The notes: generated by a model not told the origin, from the letters alone. Positions 34,980-46,456 are shown, counted from the first letter of the stretch. The stretch: 47,642 bases of DNA from Octopus bimaculoides (GCF_001194135.2 NC_069004.1:7373424-7421065), one strand, 5' to 3'. Made by a program: numbers and translations.

Positions 34980-35350
34980 TTTCATATCTAACAGTATGGC
35001 ACTTAGAGTATGTCTGATACATATGACACTTCTCTTCACAACTCAGATTTTAATGACAACACTGTCTGCACGTCTTATAGTCTTATGACTACATTCTTCT
35101 AACATTTTACAGTTTTATGACAACACTCTCCTCACATCTGATGGTCCTATGATAACCCTCCCTTCACATCACACGGTCTTATAACTACAATCACCTCACA
35201 ACTTATGGTCTTATTACTATATTCTCCTCACAGTTATATGACAAACTCTCCTCACATTTTGCGATGTTATGATTACATTTTCCTCACATCTTATGATCCT
35301 ACACTCTCCACTCATCTTCCAATATTCTGTCAATACACTCTTTTACATCA
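34980..35350. repeat. Degenerate ~31-nt minisatellite
   Basis: ttatgac..cactctcctcacat recurring about 10 times. Confidence 0.75.
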
Positions 35351-35398
35351 TCACATATATGAGTTATCTCTCCCCTCTGTTGCCTTCTTCTGTTGCAG

Positions 35399-35539
35399 TT
35401 ATGTATACGGAGCATGGGCTCAATAGAGTGTATAGGCTCTCTGAAAGCTGGTATGAAGACTCGCAAAGATATGATTGTGTTTGCTGCTGAGTGCTTGGCC
35501 AAAATGTTTGAGAAAGGCGAAGAGGAGCTTGTTTCGCAG
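35399..35539 (+). CDS. DNAJC13: DNAJC13 exon (LCIRSMGSIE...EELVSQ)
   Basis: ttgcag| ... cag|gtatgt; 47 codons. Confidence 0.95.
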
Positions 35540-36159
35540 GTATGTACTTGTTTCTCTGTTTCACGTTGTTGTACCGAATCGTTATACGAAGATAGAACGG
35601 GGCTTGGTAGTCATTTAAGTAACACTGATCCCAGGGGTGTATCATTGGATAAGCTTGGTTTTGTGGTTAACGAGTCTAATTTGCAACAGTGTAACTTCTG
35701 GGTTTGGTCTTGCTTCACAGCACTTTGCAGAAATATTCCGTAATCTTGGGTCTGCAAAATCTTCTTATTATTATTAACATATCGTTGACGGAAACTGTCC
35801 AGAAGCCTGTCGTACGTATGTATATGCATACGCAGTGCGCATGTGATGCAAAAGGGAGTTAAATCGAGGCAGTGAACGAAAATTCCGCCTTGTAGTTTGA
35901 TCACCAAGTTATCTCCCTTTACATCTAGTTATCTGTGTTCTTCGTCTGTCATTGGAGTTTGCGGCCATGCTGGAGCACCACCTCGCAGGATTAGTTGAAG
36001 AAATCGACCCTAGTACTAACTTAACAGGGATGTAAACAAACCAACGCGGTCACACACCCGCACACATGATCTGCTTCCACACAGTTTCTGTCTACCAAAT
36101 TTACTTAATGTGACTATAGTAGAAGATACAGCTTCCATCTACTGAATTTGTAGAGGCCC

Positions 36160-36445
36160 CTAACTGAGTGGTTAAGGTATTCGGCTGACGATCGTGAGGT
36201 CGTGAGTTAAATTCCTGGCAGGACATTGTGTCCTTATTTCACATTGCTCCAGTTCACTCAACTGGCAAAAATGATTAGTACCTGTATTTCAAATGGCCAT
36301 GTCACATTCTGTGTCATGCTGAATCTCCCTAAGAACTACCCAAAGGCTACATGTATCTGTGGAGCACTCATCCACTTTCACATTAATTTCATGACCAAGG
36401 TGTAGATCAACTGGAACCCTCATTGTCATAACCAACAGAGAGCCA
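36160..36445 (+). mobile_element. SINE family D, near full length
   Basis: tRNA-like head, atttcacattgctccagttcactc core; tail mirrored at 37868-37976. Confidence 0.7.
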
Positions 36446-36732
36446 GTTTGTATTGTCCTTATCTATCTGTTTAACCAGTCTATCCTATTTCTTGTCTCTT
36501 TTGTGTATATTTCTCTAGCCTTCCCTCTTTGTCTAACCTCTATGTCTGTCTGTCTCTCGAACATGTCTTTGTCTATCTATCTACTTTACCTTCCTCTCTT
36601 GTCTGTCTAACCTCCCTCTTTATCCACCCTACCAATCTGTCCCATTTCACCTGCCTGTCCAGCAAATTTGTCTTATATATGTCTATCTAACTTACCTCAC
36701 TACCTTAATCTCTCTCTCTTTGATCTATCAAG

Positions 36733-36873
36733 GCAATCAAACAGGAGATGATACCATTCCTGCTGTGGGTGCTACAGAATCCTCTAGAAGCTACAGAAAA
36801 CCCTGCTGCTACCAAAGCTCAGATTGTGAAAGCCCTGAAGTGTATGCAGAGAAGCCTATTGTACGGTGAACAG
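36733..36873 (+). CDS. DNAJC13: DNAJC13 exon ([11 protein letters not shown]...[13 protein letters not shown]...YGEQ)
   Basis: atcaag| acceptor after a (CT)n tract, cag|gtgaga donor; 47 codons; not in the ORF track. Confidence 0.92.
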
Positions 36874-37445
36874 GTGAGATGAAACTCCTCGTTGGCATCT
36901 ACAAGCTAGTTGTTGTTTAGATCTATATCAACTCTGATAGAACAGACCTGGGATTAAAGCCTCTCAGCCATGACCATCCTGTATATTTTCTGTTTTAATT
37001 AACAGTGGACTACATTATCCACTCCTCCTTTGTCATCATCTAGTGCTTTAAATCCGGGTTTTGTCCCAGCTAACGGGGGTGGCCAGATCTACCTCAATAC
37101 CATAGCAACTGAGGTAAGTAGGTGCAGTCCACTCCAACCTTTGGGCTGGCTCTCCAGCCTCGACCCCTCATCATATTTTTTTGGTAAAGGAATAAGAGTT
37201 AGGTTAAAGTATGTATGTATGTTTGTCCCCTCCTCCCACTATCACCTGATAACCAGTGCTGGTGTGTTTATGTACCCCCCTCTAACTTAGCAGTTCAACA
37301 AAGGTGGCCCCGTAAAATAGGTACCACAATTAGAACAAAAAAAAAGTACTGGGGGAATGTTTATTTGATTAAAAACTTTTAACGGTAGTGCCCCAGCATG
37401 GCCACAGTTAGAAGATATTTCAAGTGTATCCATTTTTCCTTCCAG

Positions 37446-37545
37446 GTGACGTCAATTTTAGATAAATCGACTGTTTGGAAAGAATACAAGGACCAAAAAC
37501 ATGATCTTTTCATATCAGACGCCAACATATCGGGGTATCTAACAG
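37446..37545 (+). CDS. DNAJC13: DNAJC13 exon (VTSILDKSTVW...KDQKHDLFISD...GYLT)
   Basis: tccag| ... g|gtaaga; phase 0-1. Confidence 0.95.
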
Positions 37546-38107
37546 GTAAGAACTCTGTCTTCTTTTGTACGACATCTGTTTCTTGTATTAAAATATGGTG
37601 AATCTAGTAGAATGACAGACTATAGTTACCCTGTATGAATTAGCTCTGTATTGGGTCAAGTCAAACCAGTTCTTCTTTCATGGTCGAACCGTTGGTGATT
37701 AAATTGGCGACATCACTTAGGGGTCTTAGTCTGATGTGTGGCACTTGGATGCATACCTTGTCAAGGACAGACAAGCAAAAATAAAAGTTAGACAGACAGT
37801 TTGGATCTTCAGGCACGTTGCAGCTTGCTTGAAGATCTTGTGCACCCACAGGTGAAACTCAGTGTAGTACTGGCACTCTGTCTGTTATGACAATGCATGT
37901 TCCTGTCGATCTGGTCAGCAGAACAGCTTACTCATGAAGCTACAGTGCAAGTGGCTGAGCCCTTCACAGACACACTGGCCTTTTGAAATACAGCTATTAT
38001 TCATTTTTGCCAGCTGAGATGGTGGAGCAATGTGGAATAAGATGTATGTGTATATTTATATATATATATATGTGTATTCATGTAAAAATACATTTTTTTT
38101 TGTTCAG

Positions 38108-38205
38108 GTCCTGGAGTTGCTGGCTACTTAACCAGTGGAGTACGTCCGAACCTGCCCGATGCCCCGCCACCTTTGGACACAAGTCACCAGGAGGAATTCC
38201 ACTGA
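38108..38205 (+). CDS. DNAJC13: DNAJC13 last coding exon (GPGVAGYLTSG...PPPLDTSHQEEFH*)
   Basis: ttcag| acceptor; TGA at 38203-38205; GYLTGPGVAGYLT matches the recalled RME-8 C-terminus. Confidence 0.95.
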
Positions 38206-39020
38206 AAAAAAAAAATTGCAGAAAATAATTTAAAATACCAAAAAAAACCCCAAAAAACAAAACAAAACCATGCAACAATAACAACAGCATCATTGACTCC
38301 AGAATCTTTGTCTGCATCTCTGAATGTTGTGCGTGAGACGCACAGACAGATCTTCCTTTCATTAGTGTTTTCCTTAAATTGTGTGTGTGTATCATATATA
38401 TATGCATCTGCAGTGTGTGTGTGTATATATATATAGGTTTCTATACATTAGTGTGTTTATTTGTATCTGTAGTATGTAGTAATTGTTCCGGTGCTCTCAG
38501 ACGAACGTAAACAGTATGGAACTACTCCAAGACAATCTGTCGTATTTTGGATAGGAGCAGCAACAGCTACAACACACATGGTGCTTTGTTTCTTTTTTTG
38601 TTTGTCTTAGAGTGAAAAATAGCTTTTTTAGAAATTGGATTCTTATAGCCAGGCATGTATGATGTGTGTCTGGATATATGCTTATATAGGATCTGTGTAT
38701 ATATGTTGATGCACATGTATTGTCATCTCTAGACATATGTATGCATATATGTAGACTTGTATGTGTGTATAAATGAAATGTATGGAAGTACGTATATATA
38801 TATATATATACTGTTCTATGAGCACACATGCATTGAAGTACATATGCAATGGCATTGTTATTATTATCATTAATAATAATTTTGAAAAACAAAAGAAAAA
38901 GACTTTAATCCGAAGAATTTTCATTCGTTTATCTTGTATAATTACTATTGTTAATACAACTTTAAATTTCTGTTTCTATCATCATTATTATTATTATCAT
39001 GATAATTTCTGAAGTGTCGA

Positions 39021-40600
39021 GCTGGCGCAATCATTAACATGTTGGACAAAGGTCCTTGGAGGCATTTGGGGTCTGCTCTTTTATGTCCTAAATTGAAATG
39101 CCACAGAGGTTGACATTGCCTTTTGCCCTTTCAGGGTCCATGAAATAATTACCCGTCATGTACTGGAGGGTTGACTAGTCCCCTCCCCACAGTATTTCTG
39201 GCATTGTGCCTATTGTAGAAAGAAGTTGAAAAACAAAAAATATTATTATTATTTGATGGAAAGGGTCAGCTGTCCATGGCCTGAATTCTAAGGGGACATG
39301 TGTTTACGAACCCTGTGGAGAACACTTGCAGTTTCCATCAGTGATGATTTTTGTAGGTGTTACAGTTCCATTAATTATTTTACCCGTTTCAGTCATTTTG
39401 ACAGCAGATCGCCTGGAAGGGTTTTAGTCGAGCAAATTGACCCCAGGACTTTTTTTTTTTAAGCGTAGTACTTATTCTGTCAGTCTCTTTTGCTGAACTG
39501 CTAACTTATGGGGGACATGAACAAACCAACACCAGTTGTCATGTGGTGATGAGTGATAAACATAGAGACAAGGACCCCTACACAAATATATGATGGGCTT
39601 CTTTCAGTTTCTGTCTACCAAATCCACTCACAAGGCTATAGTAGAAGGTGCCACGCAGTGGAACTGAACTTGGAACTATCAGGTTGGCAAGCAAGCTTCT
39701 TACCACATAGCAATGCCTATTATTATTATTAAAGGGGCAAGCTGGCGAAATTGTTAACATGTCAGGCAAAATGCTTAGTGGCACCCCATCTATCTTCATA
39801 GGAGTTCAAATTCTGGTGAGATTGACTTTGTCTTTCATCCTTTCAGGGTCGATAAAAACAATTACCAGTTGACCACTGGTGTTGATGTAATTGACTAGTC
39901 CCCTCCCCACTCAAAATTTCAGGCCATTAATAGAGAGGATTATTAAAGCACTATTTACACTCTCAGAGTGGTTGGCATTAGGAAGGGCATCCAGCTGTAG
40001 AAACTCTACCAGTCCTCAAGTCAAACCATCTAACCAATGCCAGCATTGAAAGCAGACTTTAAACGATTATCATTATTATTATTTCTCAGGTGTTGGGCTA
40101 GCAGCGTTTCTTCTGGATGCTTTCTGTTATGAGTTCAAATGCTGTTCAGGTCAGCTTTGTCTTTCATCTTTCAGTATTGGTAAGATCAGTGCCAGTGAAT
40201 TGATGAGGGNNNNNNNNNNCTCAAAATGGCTGGCCTTTTGCCAGAATTTGAAATCCATTATTATTATTATTGAAGAAATCATTAATACTATAGTCTGTGT
40301 ATATATGAAACTGAGATAAAAGTATTAAGTTTTCAACAACAACTGTGTTTTTGTGTGTGAATGAATGAGAGAAAATCAATGTTGAAATGTAGAAGTATAC
40401 AAAAAAGAAAATACCTTCGCAGAAAAAGTGTCATAGTGGCGTGCTGGGCGAAATGCTTAGCAGTATTTCGTCTGCTGTTATGTTCAAATTCCGCCGAAGT
40501 CGACTTTGCCTTTCATCCTTTCGGGGTTGATAAATTAAGTACCAGTTATGCACTGGGGTCCATGTAATTGACTTAATCCGTTTGTCTCCTCTGTGGGCAA
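39021..40600. mobile_element. TE cluster 3' of the stop codon: four + SINE C copies (~39021, 39737, 40090, 40436), one - SINE A (39378-39715), one + RTE tail (39953-40075)
   Basis: Family-diagnostic motifs as in the other copies. Confidence 0.8.
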
Positions 40601-40729
40601 TAAAGAAATAAGAAAAAGTGTTATGGAATTTAAACAGGGAACAAAATAAAATTATATACACTCACACACACATATACTCACGTGTGTATGTATATATATA
40701 TGTACACATGTATACGTGTGAGTATGTAT

Positions 40730-40766
<37 letters not shown>

Positions 40767-41922
40767 GTGTGTGTGTGTGTGTGTGATGGCCTCTTTGATG
40801 CCTGAGTAGGTATTATGCTCTATTGATTCTTGTTCATCTTTTGTGCTCTTTCATGTAGATAAATTTACAAACCTCCCCCCACCAATAATCCACTTAACCC
40901 ATGCCTTAATAAAAAAAGAAACAATAACTCAAATATAATAAGATGGTCTCTTTTATATTTTGGTTTAGAATCCAACAGCTTGATTTAATATTCGTTTTAA
41001 GATCCCTTATTTTTTTTGTTGCTTTCAAAGAATTACCTATTTTTTGTTCACCTTTATTTCTTTTTTATTCTACAGTTACGATCACACACATGCGTGCATA
41101 TATGCTTTCATACATTCGTGCAGATGTGGACTCAAGCATATGTATTTTACACACACACATACACATATATATATCTCCCCCACACAAACATGAATACATA
41201 AATTGTATATTTTTACAAATATACACAAAGTATATCTATATGATGGAAAAGTGACAATACTGATATATGCATTTAAGTATATATATATATATATATACAC
41301 ACACAGACATGATCCCACCCATGCCAGCTTGGAAAGTGAACATCAAATGAACATGGTTATATATACAATATCTGTGCATGATCAGATCACTCACAATATT
41401 TATATATCAGCAGAGATTTTTATGTTTAAAAGACAAAACAATTGTAGATTAATGGTTTACTTGTTCTATTATATATATATACATATACACCTACATACAC
41501 AAACACACACTCTCACTAACATTATAAATTTTGGTGAAATCCTGACATTATGTATAAAGGAGAAGTGTGGCTTAGAAGAAAAAGGAAAAAAAAAAAACGG
41601 ACAATAAACAATATTATCAAGGGTATGTAATGCTCAAGTACTCCGCACAGATCAGCGGTATGTGGTGCTTGAGTACTCAGAACAATAAGAAAATACTCTG
41701 TGTATAATTTCTCTTGCAAATTGTTAAATTTGTTATAAATGTTAATCTTGGTTTTGTTGTTATTTCAATGTTATTTTGTTTTGTTGATGCTGAGATGACG
41801 AGAGAGTCTCTAGTTGCTCAGCCTGTTATTGTTTTGTTTTGTTTCAGGTATTACTCTGAACTACATATTACATTATATAGTAATTGTAATAATACACACG
41901 GATATGTATGTTGTATGAGGCA

Positions 41923-41928
41923 AATAAA
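41923..41928 (+). promoter_or_regulatory. Candidate polyadenylation signal AATAAA (other AATAAA at 40599, 40908, 41603)
   Basis: AATAAA with TGTA motifs just upstream, at the end of a non-SINE AT-rich stretch and before the next TE; usage unknown. Confidence 0.3.
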
Positions 41929-41974
41929 GTGAGTTCACGGCATTTGCATAACCAGCCCCAGCCCATTCAATAGT

Positions 41975-42520
41975 ACCTTGGATCGTAGGGCGACCTGCCG
42001 TGCTTGAGAAGACCTATTGAGTTAAGTACATGAAAATCAAGTATAAATTGTAGTTGTGGTGCCGGTGGCACGTAAAAAGCACCCACCACTCACAGAGTGG
42101 TTGGCATCCAGCTGTAGAAATGCTGCCACATCAGACTGGAGCCTCCTGGCTTGCCAGACCCCAGTCGAACCGTCTAGCCCATGCTGGCATGAAAAACGGG
42201 CATTAACCGATGATGATGATATATATGACACCTTGGGCAAGTGTCTTCTACTAGAGCCTCGGGCCGTCCAAAGCCTTGTGAGTGGATTTGGTAGACGGAA
42301 ACTAAAAGCCTGTCGTATATATGTACGTGCGTGTGTCTGTGTTTGCCCACCCTCCACCATCGCTTGACAACCGATGCTGGTGTGTTTAGGTCCCCCGTAA
42401 CTTAGCGGTTCGGCTAAAGAGACCGATAGAATAAGTACTAGGCTTACAAAGAATAAGACCTGGGGTCGATTTGCTCGACTAAAGGCGGTGCTCCAGCCTG
42501 GCCAAATGACTGAAACAATA
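41975..42520 (+). mobile_element. RTE tail immediately followed by a headless SINE A
   Basis: gtgcttgagaagacc...gatgatgat then gacaccttgggcaagtgtc...ctgaaac. Confidence 0.78.
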
Positions 42521-42869
42521 GTGTATTGATGAATGAGCGAGGCTAAGAGAATGTTTATTGATCACTACAATTGTTTCAACCCATCTAGCATCCTTCGGTG
42601 TAGATGTATCTCCTTAGCTGATTACAAAATGCATCTCGTTAAAATAACGTCAGTTCCGTTTGTTTTCTTCTTAGTATGTGTATATAAAAGCAGCAAATTA
42701 AGGGATACAACCGCATTATTATAGAAGATCAATAATGATTAACATCAAATGCAAAATTTTTTTTTTTTAAATCAAACAAAAAGACCAAAATGGTCTATGC
42801 CATACGATATATACAATAATAATAATGAATATATATATATATTGCTCACTGGGGTGCTAAACATAGAGG

Positions 42870-43032
42870 GGACAAACATCGACTCCAGTGCATAACTGGT
42901 GCTTATTTAATCGACTCCGAAAGGGTGAAAGGCAAGGTAGACCTCGGCGAAATTTGAACTCAGAGCGTAACGGCAAACGAAATACCGCTAAGCATTTTGC
43001 CCGGCGTGCTAACGCTACTGCCAGCTCGCCAC
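42870..43032 (-). mobile_element. SINE family C
   Basis: Near-identical to 2220-2372. Confidence 0.82.
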
Positions 43033-43885
43033 CCTATAATAATTATTATTATAATATATATATGAAAATGGATTCGTTAGGTGCACAACAAACTTAGTGT
43101 TTTGGTTACATTTTAGTAATGACCACTCCCTTCACTGCGCTATTCTATAGGGTTCTACCAGGAATGAATAGAGCCATGATTATATAGATATTGTTATTTA
43201 TTAACAATACTCGTAGACAGGCTAGAATCGAAGTGCTCAAGTTGAGCTAAGTTCCAATTTATAATTTGAGTGGATAAAATACGAGCGGAGGAATTAGATG
43301 AACATGATCCAGCAGAATATTCACTATCTATGCACACTTACTTCGACATTAATAAAGCGTCATAAATAAATATTTACTTCAACGTTAATAAAGCTCAACT
43401 TACTAGAAGTATTAACAAATTGCAAGCATGTAGACATATACATATTTTTATATAAGCCCGCAAATATTTGAAAACGTTTATATATTTTTGAAAATGCCTA
43501 TGTATTTATAAGTAAAATAAGTACAAAATATACACATAATAAGATATAAAAACGTCGATATTATATAAAACAGTGAATTATAAATTCATACGATATACTA
43601 TAGAGGAATAAAAATTTAGAGGTCACAACACAAGCACATAGAATATTTAAAAACACTTAGATGTGTAGAAATATATAAAAAAGACATTTATAAATACATA
43701 GGCATTTTAAAATAGAAGACGTCGATATGAAATAGGATATAGTAAATTATAAGTTCATAGGATATGTTATAAGGACTAAAGATTTCAAGTTAGAACACAA
43801 AGCGTGTGGAAAGTAGAAAGTCAGACATTTTACAGCCTTAAACGGACATACTAAAATTAGAGACAATGTTCAATGGATCCAAAAG

Positions 43886-43980
43886 TTTCATGGACGGGCC
43901 GTTTCGGAGACGTGTTAGTTAATATGACATGGATTTCATATTTTAAAAGAACCAGACACTCCCCTCATCAGGATGCTCCA
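43886..43980 (-). ncRNA. Type I hammerhead ribozyme motif (Penelope-like/retrozyme context)
   Basis: Minus strand: CUGAUGA (43971-43965), 9-bp stem II with one bulge, GAAA (43905-43902), stem III ACGG-C-CCGU, GUC cleavage triplet (C at 43893), short stem I. Confidence 0.7.
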
Positions 43981-44006
43981 CAACACAAAAGACACCATGA
44001 AGACAA

Positions 44007-44365
44007 NNNNNNNNNNNNNNNNNNNNNNNNNNNNNNNNNNNNNNNNNNNNNNNNNNNNNNNNNNNNNNNNNNNNNNNNNNNNNNNNNNNNNNNNNNNNNN
44101 NNNNNNNNNNNNNNNNNNNNNNNNNNNNNNNNNNNNNNNNNNNNNNNNNNNNNNNNNNNNNNNNNNNNNNNNNNNNNNNNNNNNNNNNNNNNNNNNNNNN
44201 NNNNNNNNNNNNNNNNNNNNNNNNNNNNNNNNNNNNNNNNNNNNNNNNNNNNNNNNNNNNNNNNNNNNNNNNNNNNNNNNNNNNNNNNNNNNNNNNNNNN
44301 NNNNNNNNNNNNNNNNNNNNNNNNNNNNNNNNNNNNNNNNNNNNNNNNNNNNNNNNNNNNNNNNN
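44007..44365. other. Assembly gap (other gaps: 12286-12295, 15126-15158, 40210-40219, 45903-46248)
   Basis: N runs. Confidence 1.
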
Positions 44366-44747
44366 CATCGACACTCAAACGTTTTCGCGGTCAGGCATTT
44401 CCTCTCCAGCTCTACTTTCCTTTTAAGATGGAAGGTGAGATAATTCACCAGTGCAGAGCCAGAGATGAAAATGCCCGACCTTAACCCTTTCATCCTCGTT
44501 CTCCAAATAACCTCTCTCGCAATTGCTAAAACGGTGAGAAAACAAATCAAGCGGGTCAGTTTTTACTATAGACTCAGTCAACAACTGTACTCTTCCTGTA
44601 CCTGAACAACAGTTGTTCAGCGCATACTCACACATCCGACACCTCTAAACGTTGTACAATAGCATGTGGAACGGTTTCCCTGTTCCGCTCGCATCTTGGA
44701 CAAGACGGAGGGTCTAGGCCACCATGCCTTGTGAGTTTGTCTCGAAC
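44366..44747 (-). mobile_element. L1/Tx1-clade LINE ORF2 C-terminal fragment (CCHC zinc knuckle), degenerate
   Basis: RDKLTRHGGLDPPSCPRCERNRETVPHAIVQ, then after a stop/frameshift CFLTVLAIAREVIWRTRMKG...ER. Confidence 0.75.
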
Positions 44748-45850
44748 ACAGTTCAACAACAATTCTCCCACACGGGGGAATTAACAAAAATTTGCTTTGA
44801 AACAAAGCAATAAAACAATTCTTGAAAATAACAGCACAATAAGAGTAACTCACTTTTCACGAAGAATATAACAATCCACAGAGAAATAACCAAATAAATT
44901 CCAATCACGTTCCATCGAATTCGAAAAAATCTTCACATTGTAGTTATTCTCTTTATATAACAGTTATCGGCCTGTGCAAAGTCTCATTCAGACCAGTCCA
45001 TTATGATATTTTTATTGTATTTTTAATTCTATTCCCATGTTTATCCAAAACTAGCCATCCCTAGTTCAAGTCATACCAATTACGTCCTTGCTACGTAATA
45101 TAACATCTACTAGTATTTCCTTAATTAATTATAGAATAATTATGAAATTATATTTAAAATTTTATATTACAAATTTTAAACTTTCGATTTTAAATTATCA
45201 ATTTTACTTTTATCATTATTTCTAGTTCGTATTACAACTTTTCTTAATTAATACTCTTATGTTTATTCTTATTTTTATTTTTAAACTTCCTCAAAAATGT
45301 CGAGTAGATCTTATGCGTGCAAGCTGGAATTGCATCAGTAAATTTATTCAACGTGGCATGATTAAAATCTTTCAAAATAAAGTATGCCTCCTGATGCATA
45401 ATCCACATTTAGTGGATTTAACGCCTATGTATTTAAATAATTTTAGATATTTGCGGACTTATATAAAAATATGTATATGTCTATATGCTTGTATGTCATT
45501 AATACTTCTATTAAGTTGCGCTTTATTAATGTTGAAGTAAGTGTGCGTATATATCGAATATTCTGCTGGATAATAGGTCATGTTCCTCTAGTTTTGCGCT
45601 CGTATTGCCTCCACTCAAATTATATATATATATATATATTATAATATTAGGGAATGTCAAAATCCAAACTTACAAGGATATTCAATTTAGTAATACCAAA
45701 TTGAATTTTATAATAAAAAATATATTAATTATTTAGAGAAGAACCATCAAGATGCAATCTAAACAACGAAGGAGATCAGACACCATCAAGAAAAACATAC
45801 TCTACAAAATACTAATTTAAAAATCTATAAAATCTAAAAGAAAAGTTTAT

Positions 45851-45902
45851 AATGATAGACTATGCGCGTTTCGTGGCCACGAAACGCGCATAGTCTATCA
45901 TT
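45851..45902. repeat. Perfect 52-nt palindrome abutting an assembly gap
   Basis: aatgatagactatgcgcgtttcgtgg|ccacgaaacgcgcatagtctatcatt. Confidence 0.95.
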
Positions 45903-46456
45903 NNNNNNNNNNNNNNNNNNNNNNNNNNNNNNNNNNNNNNNNNNNNNNNNNNNNNNNNNNNNNNNNNNNNNNNNNNNNNNNNNNNNNNNNNNNNNNNNNN
46001 NNNNNNNNNNNNNNNNNNNNNNNNNNNNNNNNNNNNNNNNNNNNNNNNNNNNNNNNNNNNNNNNNNNNNNNNNNNNNNNNNNNNNNNNNNNNNNNNNNNN
46101 NNNNNNNNNNNNNNNNNNNNNNNNNNNNNNNNNNNNNNNNNNNNNNNNNNNNNNNNNNNNNNNNNNNNNNNNNNNNNNNNNNNNNNNNNNNNNNNNNNNN
46201 NNNNNNNNNNNNNNNNNNNNNNNNNNNNNNNNNNNNNNNNNNNNNNNNGTATTTGCGTGGTAAGAAGTTTACGTTCCAACCACACGGTTCGGGGTTTAGT
46301 CCTACTGCGTTGCGCCTTGGGTGTCTACTATATCCTCGGGGCGACTAAAGCCTTGTGAGTGGATTTGGTTGACGAAAAGGGAAATAAGTCCATCGTTAGA
46401 CTGTTGGCGATTTTTCCCCTCCGTCTTCCTTTTCTCTTGGACTTTCCTCTGTTTAC

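Larger units (their letters stand above)
71..38205 (+). other. DNAJC13: DNAJC13/RME-8 gene span (3' part: 34 coding exons, 1503 aa + stop; 5' exons lie upstream of the window)
   Basis: Exon peptides match RME-8 as recalled (LIWNYK, EAIWSN, YLIWNN, ELIWND IWN motifs; KYHPDKNP J-domain; WAQGMDGW GYF-like). All introns are GT..AG, phases chain, and exon lengths sum to 4512 nt. Confidence 0.97.

Noticed and set aside
36733-36744. Alternative CAG acceptor 12 nt inside the exon (AAG acceptor is unusual)
   Set aside because: The first AG after the pyrimidine tract is the AAG, and AIKQ matches the recalled ALKA residues; no evidence for the inner site
43873-46285. ORFs spanning X runs
   Set aside because: Artefacts of assembly gaps; only the Tx1 part (44366-44747) has real coding ancestry
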